Shown in pieces: positions 48,001 to 57,688 of a stretch of 64,000 nucleotides of DNA. Under the pieces are notes generated by a model. That model did not search any database. It had not been told where the DNA came from and was given only the letters and a program-made list of their open reading frames with translations. A program made the position numbers and the translations under genes. How positions within the stretch are numbered: the first letter of the stretch is position 1; each line of letters begins with the position of its first letter. Source of the DNA: Blastochloris sp. (lineage in GTDB: Bacteria > Verrucomicrobiota > Verrucomicrobiia > Methylacidiphilales > JAAUTS01); assembly GCA_034440395.1 (NCBI GenBank), contig JAWXBW010000064.1, forward strand, positions 1,025-65,024, in the 5' to 3' direction.

Positions 48001-48343
48001 TCTGCAAGTGGCCTGCCAACAGGCTTGCCCAGCAGACGCCATTGTCTTTGGTGATCTATCCGATCCTAACAGCCGTGTGACAAAACTTAAATCACGTGAG
48101 CTTGACTACAGCCTATTAGATTATTTAAACACCAGACCCCGTCTAACCTATCTAGCTCGTGTCCGTAATCCTAACATGCGTATGCCTGGTGCAGAACTAG
48201 TTGGAATGAGCCTTGTTAATGCTCGTATCCATCACCATGCTGAAACAGAAGGGCACGGAGAAGAAGGCGCAGCACACGGCGACACTAAAGCTCATGGACA
48301 TGAGGCCGAAGCAAAACCAGCGGAACATGGATCTAAACATTAA
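45029..48343 (+). CDS. actB: Alternative Complex III subunit ActB (molybdopterin-oxidoreductase-like + 4Fe-4S ferredoxin-like fusion)
   Basis: 1104 aa. Tat signal '[23 protein letters not shown]'. Fe-S motifs are '[16 protein letters not shown]', '[14 protein letters not shown]', '[19 protein letters not shown]' and 'CTFCVQR...[14 protein letters not shown]'. Confidence 0.9.
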   Translation: MKRIVEHPPETGAAKAYWRSVEDFSHTEQFQGWLKTEFPQGAAEFWGDGVSRRSFLRLMGASMALAGLGLSACRRPEAHILPFTKTPEWQIPGKTLNYATSLPRRNGGAPLLITSYSGRPIKIEGNPLHEACKGKSDSLAQASILNLYDPDRSNRFLKNGKNISSADAIKALAEWKKSWQANQGKGLAILSEDNLSPTEDRLQAEFSAKYPAAVRAVYEPATTGFAQAAIETAYGKGSIIRYNYEKAKVILSLDADFLTGDEATLASVRGFADGRRMENADSPMNRLYAIESRYTNTGAAADHRQRLPASHIAAVAAKLAELVGAKSLPIFQALPELQMDPKWIIEAAKDLMSAEGRALVVAGSNQPASVHLAVAAINEALKAQGITFEIYKRPRPTSLSIVELADVIKSGQITDLVILGCNPVYNAPADLNWTELQKSVNTVIRLGAYEDETAALSTWHLPQAHYLETWGDSVLQDGSHGCMQPLILPLYDGLSSSQFLAYLLDAPAGVDKVWVDGPELVQETFKTKVAAFATTYAFDNAWSLFVRDGFLKDSKPRAQASPFVFAGASMIAETRIASPQALSKDNLEVVFITDTKVDDGRYVNNGWLQELPDGITKLTWDNAALMSAKTADELGIYSGVHVKGIVAGLTDAGIYFSDVITLTVDGRSLDIPFLIVPGHPDYTLTLPLGYGHEKTGRVGQGVGFNAYKLRTSQAPAILTNATVIKTSAPRYKFAITQEHWSMEGRDIVREAPIAYYKENPGFVRALGIESHTPENITFYKSPPFDYEKYHQWGMSIDLTTCIGCNACVIACQSENNIAIVGKDQVAKGRELSWIRIDRYFSGSQRDIEMGKGVIPSDPEMILQPVTCLHCENAPCETVCPVNATVHNEEGLNVMVYNRCIGTRYCANNCPYKVRRFNWFDYNQRQLDQLYWGPLGPKKVEETIKLSKNPNVSVRMRGVMEKCTFCVQRIETAKIDHKILTKRTERKIPTDSLQVACQQACPADAIVFGDLSDPNSRVTKLKSRELDYSLLDYLNTRPRLTYLARVRNPNMRMPGAELVGMSLVNARIHHHAETEGHGEEGAAHGDTKAHGHEAEAKPAEHGSKH

Positions 48344-48348
48344 GTGAT

Positions 48349-49776
48349 ATGAGCGAACAATCATCAACCTACTTTGGGCCAGCCAAGGGTAACATCCTTG
48401 AACGCCGTCCTTTGGTTTCTAATAATCGTAGCATGGGTTGGATCACCGCTCACATTGCGGGGATGCTCGAGGGTAAGATGCCTATGTGGTGGCTGATCGC
48501 CGTTGTCATCACTGGGGTATGGGCCTTGCTCGTTCCCTTAGAATTAACCTATCTCGTCAGCACAGGAGTTGGTATCTGGGGATCGAATCAACCCGTCGCT
48601 TGGGCTTGGGACATAACCAACTTCGTCTTCTGGATCGGTATCGGTCACGCTGGAACCTTGATCTCGGCTATTCTTTTTTTGACTCGTCAAAAATGGCGCA
48701 CTTCCATCAACCGTGCGGCGGAAGCCATGACTATTTTCGCCGTGATCTGCGCGGGTATCTTCCCCGCCTTCCACGTCGGTCGTGTGTGGATGGCGTGGTA
48801 TCTCGCACCTATTCCTAACGCTAACGCCATCTGGCCTAACTTTAAAAGCCCACTCCTTTGGGACGTTTTTGCCGTTTCTACTTATTTTACGGTTTCGTTA
48901 ATTTTCTGGTATATCGGACTGGTTCCTGACCTCGCCACCATCCGCGATCGTGCCACGGGTAAGTTTCGTAAATTCATCTATGGCGTAGCTGCTCTGGGCT
49001 GGCGTGGGGGTAATCGTCAATGGCGCCACTATGAAAAAGCTTACTTGATTTTAGCAGGTATCTCTACGCCCCTCGTGCTTTCCGTTCACTCCATTGTGTC
49101 CTTTGACTTTGCTACCTCCGTCATCCCTGGCTGGCATACGACGATCTTCCCGCCTTACTTCGTGGCAGGAGCTATTTTCGGCGGCTTCGCCATGGTCTTG
49201 ACGCTCATGATCCCCGCCCGCGCTATCTTCGGTCTGCATGACATGATCACTCGTAAGCATATTGATAACATGGCTAAGATCATCGTTCTTACTGGATCCA
49301 TTGTCGGTTACGCCTACTTGATGGAGCTTTTCATTGCATGGTATAGCGGAAATCCGAACGAATGGTGGGCCTTCCTTCATAACCGTATCCATCCTGAGGC
49401 ACCTTACGCCTGGGCTTATTGGTCTATGATGTTTTGTAACGTAATCGCCCCACAGCTCTTTTGGTTTAAGTGGTGTCGCACGAACATTCTCGCCGTCTGG
49501 ATTATTGTGCAATTTCCAAATATAGGCATGTGGTTTGAGCGTTTTGTTATTATCGTTACATCCTTACATCGTGACTTCTTGCCCTCTTCTTGGGGTATGT
49601 TTGTGCCGTCTGTTCATGACATCCTTCTTTTCTTCGGCACCTTTGGTTTGTTCCTATTCTTGTTCTTACTTTTCTTAAGATTTTTACCAGCCATTACGAT
49701 TTTCGAAGTTAAAGCCGTGCTGCCTGAGGCAGATCCGCACTACGTCGATCCTCATGCGAAGGGACATCAACACTAA
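48349..49776 (+). CDS. actC: Alternative Complex III subunit ActC (NrfD/PsrC-like quinol-binding membrane subunit)
   Basis: 475 aa polytopic protein of the NrfD type ('[34 protein letters not shown]'), at the position after actB. Confidence 0.85.
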   Translation: MSEQSSTYFGPAKGNILERRPLVSNNRSMGWITAHIAGMLEGKMPMWWLIAVVITGVWALLVPLELTYLVSTGVGIWGSNQPVAWAWDITNFVFWIGIGHAGTLISAILFLTRQKWRTSINRAAEAMTIFAVICAGIFPAFHVGRVWMAWYLAPIPNANAIWPNFKSPLLWDVFAVSTYFTVSLIFWYIGLVPDLATIRDRATGKFRKFIYGVAALGWRGGNRQWRHYEKAYLILAGISTPLVLSVHSIVSFDFATSVIPGWHTTIFPPYFVAGAIFGGFAMVLTLMIPARAIFGLHDMITRKHIDNMAKIIVLTGSIVGYAYLMELFIAWYSGNPNEWWAFLHNRIHPEAPYAWAYWSMMFCNVIAPQLFWFKWCRTNILAVWIIVQFPNIGMWFERFVIIVTSLHRDFLPSSWGMFVPSVHDILLFFGTFGLFLFLFLLFLRFLPAITIFEVKAVLPEADPHYVDPHAKGHQH

Positions 49777-49782
49777 TCGCAT

Positions 49783-50325
49783 ATGAAAGAGGATCAGAAA
49801 AAAATTCACGGTATTGGAGCCGAATTTAACAACGCTCAAGAACTCTATGTAGCCGCTAAAAAACTGCGCGCATCAGGTTTCAAGCGGTGGGACGTTTTTT
49901 CTCCATACCCTATTCACGGCATGGATGACGCCATGGGACTCCCTAACTCTAAAGTCTCCTTCTTCTCTCTTTGTGGAGGCATCGTGGGAGCCGCCACAGC
50001 CTTCTTCCTTATTTGGTACACCTCAGGGGTGGAGTATCCCTTAGTAGTGCAAGGTAAACCGCACTTTGCCTTTGAGCCGACTTTTCCAGTCTTTTTTGAA
50101 ATAACGATTCTTCTGACGGCGTTCTTCACCGTGGGAAGTATGTTGGTCTTAAATTTCTTGCCCCGCTATTATCACCCCGTTTTCAACTGGGATCGTTTTG
50201 CTAAAGTTACGGACGATAAATTTTTTGCCGTGATCGAGTCGTCGGATCCGCTCTTTCATGAGGCAAAAACAAAAGCACTTTTGGAGGATTTAGGTGGCAC
50301 GCATGTGACGCTCATTGAGGAATAA
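49783..50325 (+). CDS. actD: Alternative Complex III subunit ActD (DUF3341)
   Basis: 180 aa. 'IHGIGAEFNNAQELYVAAKKLRASGFKRWDVFSPYPIHGMDDAMG' is followed by two TM helices, which is the typical ActD layout. Confidence 0.75.
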   Translation: MKEDQKKIHGIGAEFNNAQELYVAAKKLRASGFKRWDVFSPYPIHGMDDAMGLPNSKVSFFSLCGGIVGAATAFFLIWYTSGVEYPLVVQGKPHFAFEPTFPVFFEITILLTAFFTVGSMLVLNFLPRYYHPVFNWDRFAKVTDDKFFAVIESSDPLFHEAKTKALLEDLGGTHVTLIEE

Positions 50326-50935
50326 CATGAAAGTTTTCTTTTTTAGTTTATTAGTAGCCATTGTGGCCGTAGTAGCCATAGCGGGTTTGCGCGGCACAAA
50401 GACAACCTCGACCCCGGTTGAGATTTTTTCCGATATGGATCATCAACCCAAGGCCAAAGCTCAAACAGAGAGTCGTTTTTTTGCGGATGGTCGGAGCGAC
50501 CGTCTTCCCGTCTCAGGCACTATCCCGTCGAAGGTTCCCGTAGAAGAGCCGTATAAAGTAACAGGAAAGATTGAAGGTTATTGGGGCGACGGTATTCCAT
50601 CAGAAGTCACCACAGAATTTCTAGCTCGCGGTAAAGAACGTTACATCATCAACTGTGCCGTATGCCATGGAGATACTGGGGCTGGGAATGGCATCACCAG
50701 TCAATACGGTCTCGTGGGATCGGCTAATTACAACACCGACCGCTTACGCCAAGTTCCAGATGGTTACCTTTATAACGTAGTCGTGCACGGTAAAAATAAC
50801 ATGATCGGATTACCGCATATTCAATTAGAAGATCGTTGGGCCATAGTGGCCTACATCCGTGTTTTACAACGGGCTGGCAACAGCCGCATTCAGGACGTCC
50901 CTGAAGAAGAAGCTAAAAAACTTTTGAGCCCATGA
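50315..50935 (+). CDS. actE: Alternative Complex III subunit ActE, monohaem cytochrome c
   Basis: 206 aa with a signal/anchor sequence, a single 'CAVCHG' and a distal 'NMIGLPH' Met region. The start may be ATG 50327. Confidence 0.8.
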   Translation: MRNNMKVFFFSLLVAIVAVVAIAGLRGTKTTSTPVEIFSDMDHQPKAKAQTESRFFADGRSDRLPVSGTIPSKVPVEEPYKVTGKIEGYWGDGIPSEVTTEFLARGKERYIINCAVCHGDTGAGNGITSQYGLVGSANYNTDRLRQVPDGYLYNVVVHGKNNMIGLPHIQLEDRWAIVAYIRVLQRAGNSRIQDVPEEEAKKLLSP

Positions 50936-52179
50936 GTGAACATACCTTACAAGCACCTAAAGAAGAGCGTTTAAATGTGACAAAGTTAGGGATCATTCCC
51001 GTTGCTTTGCTCGCACTGAGCGTCGTATTGTTAGGCTTTAGCCTTCTCTTCGGCTATTTCTTCAATCCACAACAACTAGCTTATTCTTGGTTGGTATCCT
51101 TCATGTGGGTTTTCACTATTAGTGCAGGCTGTTTCTTTTGGGTTTTAGTCCATCATGCGGTGGATGCGGATTGGTCTGTCGTCGTCCGTCGTATTATGGA
51201 AACTATCGGCTCACTTTTCTTTCCATGGATTTTATTATTGTTTATTCCCATGTACTTTATGGTTCCACTGATTTATAAATGGTGGACGATCAAACCTGGA
51301 GTGGATTTCCTCCTTGATCACAAAGCCGCTTTTCTCAATCACCAGGTTTTCTGGGGTAAAGCCGCTTTGTATTTCCTTTATTTCGGTTTTGCCACATGGT
51401 TCATGCGCCGCATCTCCATTCAGCAAGATGCTACAGGCGATCCTTTTTTAACCATAAAAATGCGTAAATATGCATATGGTTTTATGCCTCTGTTTGCGGT
51501 TCTCATTACCTTTGCTTTCCTAGATTGGATCATGGGGTTGAATCATCACTGGTATTCTACCATGTTTGGAGTTTACCTTTTCGCAGGCACTGCGGGTGGT
51601 GGGATAGCCATCACCATCTTGGTCAGCAACGCCCTTCGTGCCGCTGGTTATCTCAGAGGAGTGGTTACGGTTGAGCACAACCACATCATGGGCAAGCTGC
51701 TCCTGGCCTTCACTATCTTTTGGGCCTACACAGCATTCAGCCAATACATGCTGATCTACTACGCTAACATTCCTGAAGAAACCATTTTCTATGTTCACCG
51801 CAACACGAACAGTTGGCTTTACGTGAGTATCTTTATCGTCTTTGCTCGTTTCCTCATCCCTTTTATCATGCTCTTGACCCAACCAGCTAAACGGAATCCT
51901 TTCCGTATTTGTTTCACGGCGGCGTGGATACTTGTTATGCATGTGGTAGATTTACACTGGTTGATTATGCCACAAATGCAAATTTTTCAAGCGATCAAAG
52001 CAGGGCACCCCCATGGCGCAGCAGAGTATTTACACTTTGCCCCTCATATCTTAGATTTAACCGTTTTAGTGGGGATGATCTGTCTCTTGGCTTTTGTCTT
52101 CCTCCGCCGTTTCTCTAAAGCTTCTATTTTTCCCGTGCGTGATCCGCGTCTCTTTGATTCTGTCACGCTAACTAACTAA
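50932..52179 (+). CDS. actF: Alternative Complex III subunit ActF (second NrfD-like membrane subunit)
   Basis: 415 aa polytopic protein. ATGA overlap with actE, at the canonical position. Confidence 0.8.
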   Translation: MSEHTLQAPKEERLNVTKLGIIPVALLALSVVLLGFSLLFGYFFNPQQLAYSWLVSFMWVFTISAGCFFWVLVHHAVDADWSVVVRRIMETIGSLFFPWILLLFIPMYFMVPLIYKWWTIKPGVDFLLDHKAAFLNHQVFWGKAALYFLYFGFATWFMRRISIQQDATGDPFLTIKMRKYAYGFMPLFAVLITFAFLDWIMGLNHHWYSTMFGVYLFAGTAGGGIAITILVSNALRAAGYLRGVVTVEHNHIMGKLLLAFTIFWAYTAFSQYMLIYYANIPEETIFYVHRNTNSWLYVSIFIVFARFLIPFIMLLTQPAKRNPFRICFTAAWILVMHVVDLHWLIMPQMQIFQAIKAGHPHGAAEYLHFAPHILDLTVLVGMICLLAFVFLRRFSKASIFPVRDPRLFDSVTLTN

Positions 52180-52195
52180 ACTTATTAATTTAACC

Positions 52196-52588
52196 ATGGC
52201 TAACGAAGAAATTTTTTTTAAAAAGTCTGTCCCCACGTGGAAGGTAGTGGTCTGCTCACTTCTTGGATTTATCCTGCTGAGCAGTGCGGCGTTGATCGTG
52301 CGTAATTATTTAAATGAACCTGCCGTGGTAGATCAAAAAATAGTGGATGAACGGGTGGAACGCTTGAAGAAATTACGGGAAGAAATGGTGCAGGCTAAGA
52401 CCCAATACGCATGGGAAGACAAAGCTACTGGCGTTGTCCGCATCCCTCTGGAAGCCGCCCTTAACCTAGCACTCCCAGAAATCCGTAATCGAGTTTTACA
52501 GAAATCTAATGTATTAGTGGACCCCATTGTAGCAGCAGCTCCCGCCACTGCCGTCCCAGCTGAAGCGGCCCCCGGAGTGAAAAAATAA
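52196..52588 (+). CDS. single-TM membrane-anchored protein of unknown function (ActG-like position)
   Basis: 130 aa with one TM ('WKVVVCSLLGFILLSSAALIV') and a charged helical region. It lies between actF and ccoS with gaps of 16 nt and 1 nt. Confidence 0.5.
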   Translation: MANEEIFFKKSVPTWKVVVCSLLGFILLSSAALIVRNYLNEPAVVDQKIVDERVERLKKLREEMVQAKTQYAWEDKATGVVRIPLEAALNLALPEIRNRVLQKSNVLVDPIVAAAPATAVPAEAAPGVKK

Positions 52589-52589
52589 T

Positions 52590-52826
52590 ATGGTTTTATA
52601 CTATATTCTCATGCTCGTATCCCTCGTAGTTTTGGGCGGCAGCGCCGTCTATGCTCTTTACTGGGCTGCTAGTCATGGACAATTCAAAAAAATGGAGCAA
52701 AACGCCACCACTATTTTTGATAGCGACGAGCCCGTGGGCGAACCGACTGATGCCTTCCCTGGAATAGATTTAAAAAAAGAAATCGAGCATCGCGCCAAGG
52801 CCAAAGAAAAGAGTAAGAAAGTTTAG
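52590..52826 (+). CDS. ccoS: cbb3-type oxidase maturation protein CcoS/FixS-like
   Basis: 78 aa. 'YYILMLVSLVVLGGSAVYALYWAASHGQFKKMEQNATTIFDSDEP' follows the CcoS pattern (TM, then W..SGQ[FY], then an acidic tail). Confidence 0.65.
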   Translation: MVLYYILMLVSLVVLGGSAVYALYWAASHGQFKKMEQNATTIFDSDEPVGEPTDAFPGIDLKKEIEHRAKAKEKSKKV

Positions 52827-52827
52827 T

Positions 52828-54372
52828 ATGTCAAAAAATCTCTATGGAACACCCACGGATTCTACTGATGCCCAAGAACGCGCGTTAGTGGACGCTTCGT
52901 GCCGCATTCCCGTTTTACTATTCATTGCTAGTTCTGTCTTCTGGCTGCTTGTAGGGACGGTCTTCGGTTTAATTGCTTCCATCAAATTACATAACCCCCA
53001 TTTCTTGATCGAACTACCACGATGGTTCGCTCTCTACCTCGACAAGTTTTCACCCGATGGAACAGTGGACTTTATCAACGCCATGTTGACTTTTGGTCGC
53101 GTGCGCCCTGCTCACTTAAATATCGTAGCCTACGGCTGGGCCTCGGCCTCGGCTCTCGGAGTAGCTATCTGGTTGATGGCTCGACTTTGTCGGGCACCAC
53201 TACGTTTCCCAGCCTTAGTAACGGCCGCCATGGTGTTATGGAACATTGCTATTGCCATTGGAACCATCGCTATCCTCGGCGGTAAAAGCACATCAATTGA
53301 ATGGCTAGAGTTTCCAAGTTACGTCAGCATAATGCTTTTCGTTTCTTACGCCCTCATTTCCATCTGGGGCGTAAACATGTTCGTGCATCGTAAACCTGGA
53401 CACGTTTATGTTTCTCAATGGTATATTATGGCGGCACTGTTTTGGTTTCCATGGCTTTACGGCACCGCCAATTTATTGTTAATCTTTGCACCCATTCAAG
53501 GATCTTCCCAAGCCATTGTTAACTGGTGGTATGGACATAACGCTCTGGGCCTCTGGTTCACCCCGATTGGTTTAGCCGCTGCTTATTATTTTATCCCAAA
53601 GGTCATTGGACGCCCTGTTCATAGCTACTATCTTTCCGCTTTTGGTTTCTGGGCCTTAGCTTTATTTTATAGTTGGAATGGTGGACATCACCTTATAGGT
53701 GGGCCGCTCCCTGCGTGGCTGATTACGTCTAGCATCGTAGCCAGTTTGATGATGTTTGTGCCCGTCCTCGTGACGGCCATCAACCATCACATGACAATGA
53801 AGGGAAACTTCCACATGTTGCATTACAGCCCGACCTTACGCTTTGTCGTCTTCGGCGCTATGTCCTACACTTTAGCAAGTCTTCAAGGTAGCAGCATGGC
53901 CTTTCGTTCTTGGAACTCGTTGACCCATTTTACTCATTACACGATTGGGCATTCTCACTTAGGGTTGTATGCCTTTTTCACCATGATCATGTTTGGCTCC
54001 ATCTATTACATTGTGCCTCGACTAACCCGCAGAGAGTGGCCTTCGATCACCTTGATTAAAATCCATTTCTGGGGCTCGGCTTATGGTATCATCCTTATGG
54101 TGTTGGTTCTCAGTGTAGGAGGGGTTGTGCAAGGCTGGATGATGAATAACCCGCAGATTCCCCAAAATACTTTTGAAAATATCCTTAAAATCACGAATCC
54201 TTACCTTTTCGCCCGCAGTTTATCGGGAGCCTTGCTCATGGTGGCGCACATCGCCTTCGCCCTTAACCTAACGCTTATTCTTCTAGGCTGGGGAAAGAAA
54301 ACTGGCGGCCCAACGCTCTTTAACCAACTCGAAGCTAGCGAAGAAGCTAAACCTAAGGAGTCCACACTATGA
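52828..54372 (+). CDS. ccoN: cbb3-type cytochrome c oxidase subunit I
   Basis: 514 aa. 'WWYGHNALGLWFTP', 'WNGGHHLIGGPLPAW' (CuB His pair) and 'TIGHSHLGLYAFFT'. Confidence 0.88.
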   Translation: MSKNLYGTPTDSTDAQERALVDASCRIPVLLFIASSVFWLLVGTVFGLIASIKLHNPHFLIELPRWFALYLDKFSPDGTVDFINAMLTFGRVRPAHLNIVAYGWASASALGVAIWLMARLCRAPLRFPALVTAAMVLWNIAIAIGTIAILGGKSTSIEWLEFPSYVSIMLFVSYALISIWGVNMFVHRKPGHVYVSQWYIMAALFWFPWLYGTANLLLIFAPIQGSSQAIVNWWYGHNALGLWFTPIGLAAAYYFIPKVIGRPVHSYYLSAFGFWALALFYSWNGGHHLIGGPLPAWLITSSIVASLMMFVPVLVTAINHHMTMKGNFHMLHYSPTLRFVVFGAMSYTLASLQGSSMAFRSWNSLTHFTHYTIGHSHLGLYAFFTMIMFGSIYYIVPRLTRREWPSITLIKIHFWGSAYGIILMVLVLSVGGVVQGWMMNNPQIPQNTFENILKITNPYLFARSLSGALLMVAHIAFALNLTLILLGWGKKTGGPTLFNQLEASEEAKPKESTL

Positions 54373-54992
54373 ATAGTCTGAGAACCTTATTTATAGGCTT
54401 CACCATTACGTTCACTTTAGCATGGTTAGGTTTAGTTATTATTCCTTATTTTCAATTAGGTCAACTTGCCCCGCAAGTGGATGAAGACGCTGGCATGTCC
54501 TATCCTCTCATCCGCAGTGGATTGGCTGAACGTGGCAAACAAGTTTATCAAGCTAACGGTTGTATCTATTGTCATTCCCAGCAGGTTCGCCCAATGGATG
54601 CCGACCCTATCAAAGGCCGTGGTTGGGGACCACGCCGCACCGTGGCGCGTGACTACATTTACGATAAACCCCATCTCCTAGGCACGATGCGCACGGGACC
54701 TGATTTGACCAATATCGGCAAACGCCAACCCAGTGCAGACTGGCATCACGCCCACCTTTATGCACCTCAAAGCATGGCTGAATATTCCGTCATGCCTCCT
54801 TACCGGTACCTTTACACGGTGCAAAAAATCAAAAGTACCCCTAACCCTAAAGCCGTTAAATTAGCTAAAGGTTATCAGCCTGAAGAAGGTTACGAAGTTA
54901 TTCCTACTCCTGATGCCATCGCCCTCGTGGCTTACCTTCAAAGCATGGATCGCACCTACGCATTGCCCGAAGCACCCCTACCTAAAGAATGA
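54369..54992 (+). CDS. ccoO: cbb3-type cytochrome c oxidase subunit II, monohaem
   Basis: 207 aa. 'GKQVYQANGCIYCHSQQVRP', 'LGTMRTGPDLTNIG' and 'WHHAHLYAPQS'. ATGA overlap with ccoN. Confidence 0.88.
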   Translation: MNSLRTLFIGFTITFTLAWLGLVIIPYFQLGQLAPQVDEDAGMSYPLIRSGLAERGKQVYQANGCIYCHSQQVRPMDADPIKGRGWGPRRTVARDYIYDKPHLLGTMRTGPDLTNIGKRQPSADWHHAHLYAPQSMAEYSVMPPYRYLYTVQKIKSTPNPKAVKLAKGYQPEEGYEVIPTPDAIALVAYLQSMDRTYALPEAPLPKE

Positions 54993-55759
54993 GCACGCAC
55001 GACGAACATAATCCAGCACCGCAACACTCTGAGGATCATGATCCACAGCTGTTGGGTATTGACTACTCTGAGCAAAATAATGTTTCTCAGATCCATGAGA
55101 CGCTTTTGCGCGAAAAACCAGAGCCTTCTGACGGCATGGAACCCGTTCCTATTTTGTTGATTGCTATAATCGCTTTTGTTTTTTCCATCGGCGGTTTCTA
55201 TGGTGGTAGATATTTTTCCAGCACCGATCCTATGGTCTATGATGAAAATCCTGGCTCCTCTATTGTTGCCGCAGCTAAGGCAGGTGGCCCTACTACGGAA
55301 GTGGCTCTCGATCCTATTGCTGATTTAGTTAAACTGGGAAAAAGGCAATACAGTAATAATTGTGCATCTTGCCATCAGCCCACGGGGCTGGGATTAGCTG
55401 GCCAATACCCTCCCTTAGCCGGTTCAGAATGGGTCGTAGAAGCAGAGCGTCCGTTAATCGCTATTCTCGTTCACGGTTTACAAGGCTCCGTCGATGTCAA
55501 GGGTCAAACTTACAACGGTGCCATGCCTGCATGGGGTAAGAGCATGAGCGATCGTCAGATCGCCGCTGTGCTAACCTACATTCGCCAGGAATGGGGGAAC
55601 ACCGCTGGCCCGATTTCGCCTGACCAGATTAAAGCGATCCGTACAGAACTAGAAGGACGCGCTAAGGAATGGTCAGAGGCCGAACTGAAAGCTTTACCTA
55701 AAGATCCTGTTCCAGGCGGATTGACTGCCGCCGCACCTGTCGCTGCAAAGAAGTCGTAA
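54989..55759 (+). CDS. membrane-anchored monohaem c-type cytochrome in the CcoP position
   Basis: 256 aa with one TM ('VPILLIAIIAFVFSIGGFYGG') and a single class-I domain 'CASCHQPTGLGLAGQYPPLAGSEWV...YNGAMPAWG'. It has one CxxCH, where canonical CcoP has two. Confidence 0.7.
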   Translation: MSTHDEHNPAPQHSEDHDPQLLGIDYSEQNNVSQIHETLLREKPEPSDGMEPVPILLIAIIAFVFSIGGFYGGRYFSSTDPMVYDENPGSSIVAAAKAGGPTTEVALDPIADLVKLGKRQYSNNCASCHQPTGLGLAGQYPPLAGSEWVVEAERPLIAILVHGLQGSVDVKGQTYNGAMPAWGKSMSDRQIAAVLTYIRQEWGNTAGPISPDQIKAIRTELEGRAKEWSEAELKALPKDPVPGGLTAAAPVAAKKS

Positions 55760-55818
55760 TTTGAGCTCAGTCATGTATAATGTCGCACGAAGCGTTTTAA
55801 AATTCAAAGTATCTCATT

Positions 55819-57678
55819 ATGGAAACCAACATTAACCACTCCAACGCCCACACTTCTCACGACGATCAGGGTCACCATGAACATCAGGAACTTAAGTTCT
55901 GGCAAAAATATATTTTCTCGGTAGATCATAAAGTCATCGGCATCCAATACGCCATCACGGCTCTCTTGTTCCTTCTCCTGGGCTTCGCCCTCATGGGTTA
56001 CATGCGTTATCAACTAGCCTATCCCGACACCGCAGCGCCTTACGGTTTTGGTAAAGCCCTGACCGCCCTCGTTGGTCAAGAAATGGCTCCTGACGGTAAA
56101 ATGTCGGGTGCCCTTTATAATTCTTTCGGTGCCATGCACGGCACCATCATGGTTTTCCTGGCGATTGTTCCTCTCGCTGTCGGTGCCTTCGGGAACTTCG
56201 TCGTTCCGCTGCAAGTGGGGGCAGGGGACATGGCCTTTCCCAAACTAAATGCCGCTAGCTATTGGACCTACCTACCAGGAGGCGTCATTATGTTGATCAG
56301 CTTCTTTGTGCCTGGAGGTGCCGCTAAATCAGGCTGGACTTCCTATGCCCCGCTCTCAGTAATCTCCGACCACGGCCCCGCTTTTCACCCCATAATGAAT
56401 GGGCAAACTTTATGGCTCATTGGCATGACGGTGCTAATCTTTTCCTCCCTACTCGGCTCCGTCAACATGATCGTTACGATCGTTCAGCTTCGTGCTAAAG
56501 GCCTAACTTGGATGCGTCTTCCTTACTTCGTCTGGGCTCAATTTGTTACCGCTTTCCTTTTGCTCTTAGCCTTCCCCCCCCTTCAAGCTGCAGGCGTTAT
56601 GCAGTTGATGGATCGTATCGCAGGCACCAGCTTTTTCATGCCAACAGGCTTAGTCGTCAATGGTCAAATCTGGGATCATAGTGGAGGCGGCAGCCCTCTT
56701 CTCTGGCAACATCTCTTCTGGTTCCTTGCTCACCCGGAGGTGTATGTGTTGATTCTTCCTGCTCTCGGCATCGTGGCTGAAGTTGTTTCGAATAACACCC
56801 GCAAACCCATCTGGGGCTATAAATCTATGGTTTATGCGACCTTATTTCTTGGTGTTGTCTCCTTCACGGTCTGGGCTCACCACATGTATCTCACTGGCAT
56901 GGGCACCAAGGTCAGTAGTTTTTTCCAAACTACGACCATAATAATTTCCATTCCCTCCGTTATTATCCTTAGCTGCCTCGTCATATCGCTCTATGGCGGT
57001 TCCATTCGTTTTAACACCCCTATGCTCTTCGCTGTAGCCTTCATGCCTATGTTCGGACTGGGCGGTTTAACAGGTATTCCTTTAGCCTTTAATGCCACAA
57101 ATATTGTTCTGCACGATACCTACTACGTCATTGGCCACTTCCATTACATTGTGGCACCGGGCACCATCTTCGCCATGTTCGCCGGCATCTACTATTGGTA
57201 TCCGAAAGCAACGGGTCGTAAGATGAGCGAATTTCTCGGTAAACTTCATTTCTGGCCCTCACTTATTTTAATGAACGGAATTTTCATGCCCATGTTCTTC
57301 CAAGGTTTAGCCGGCGTACACCGCCGCTGGCACACGGGTGGCGTTGTCAATGGAGAGGCTCTTTTTGAAGTAACCAAACATGCGCTGCACTGGAACTCCT
57401 TCATGTCTTGGAGTGCATGGTTACTGGCCGTAGCACAAATCCCTTTCATCATCAATTTCTTCTGGGCTTGGAAACGTGGAGAAAAAGTGGGAGACAATCC
57501 TTGGGAAGCTACCACCTTAGAATGGAATACTCCCACCCCACCGCCTCATGGTAATTTCTTGAAAGAACCCATCGTCTATCGTGGTCCTTACGAATACAGC
57601 GTTCCGGGCGAAGATAAAGATTTCACGCCATCATGGGAAGAGCCGAAGAAAAGTAAGACGGACCTAGTGAACCTTTAA
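55819..57678 (+). CDS. ctaD: haem-copper oxidase subunit I, A-family (aa3-type)
   Basis: 619 aa. 'DHKVIGIQY', 'FWFLAHPEVYVLILPALG' (HPEV Glu of the A1 type), 'WAHHMYLTGMG' and 'HDTYYVIGHFHY'. Confidence 0.92.
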   Translation: METNINHSNAHTSHDDQGHHEHQELKFWQKYIFSVDHKVIGIQYAITALLFLLLGFALMGYMRYQLAYPDTAAPYGFGKALTALVGQEMAPDGKMSGALYNSFGAMHGTIMVFLAIVPLAVGAFGNFVVPLQVGAGDMAFPKLNAASYWTYLPGGVIMLISFFVPGGAAKSGWTSYAPLSVISDHGPAFHPIMNGQTLWLIGMTVLIFSSLLGSVNMIVTIVQLRAKGLTWMRLPYFVWAQFVTAFLLLLAFPPLQAAGVMQLMDRIAGTSFFMPTGLVVNGQIWDHSGGGSPLLWQHLFWFLAHPEVYVLILPALGIVAEVVSNNTRKPIWGYKSMVYATLFLGVVSFTVWAHHMYLTGMGTKVSSFFQTTTIIISIPSVIILSCLVISLYGGSIRFNTPMLFAVAFMPMFGLGGLTGIPLAFNATNIVLHDTYYVIGHFHYIVAPGTIFAMFAGIYYWYPKATGRKMSEFLGKLHFWPSLILMNGIFMPMFFQGLAGVHRRWHTGGVVNGEALFEVTKHALHWNSFMSWSAWLLAVAQIPFIINFFWAWKRGEKVGDNPWEATTLEWNTPTPPPHGNFLKEPIVYRGPYEYSVPGEDKDFTPSWEEPKKSKTDLVNL

Positions 57679-57688
57679 AAATAAATTC

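Noticed and set aside
47519-48019. Antisense ORFs inside respiratory genes (47519-48019, 49051-49512, 51520-51942, 57623-58045)
   Set aside because: Each lies fully within and opposite a strongly supported CDS (actB, actC, actF, ctaD/ctaE). They carry no motifs.
55776-55781. Perfect TATAAT in the 59-nt gap before ctaD, considered as an internal promoter
   Set aside because: There is no acceptable -35 at 16-18 nt (TTGAGC lies only 9 nt upstream), and the TG is not in extended -10 register. It is possible but unsupported.
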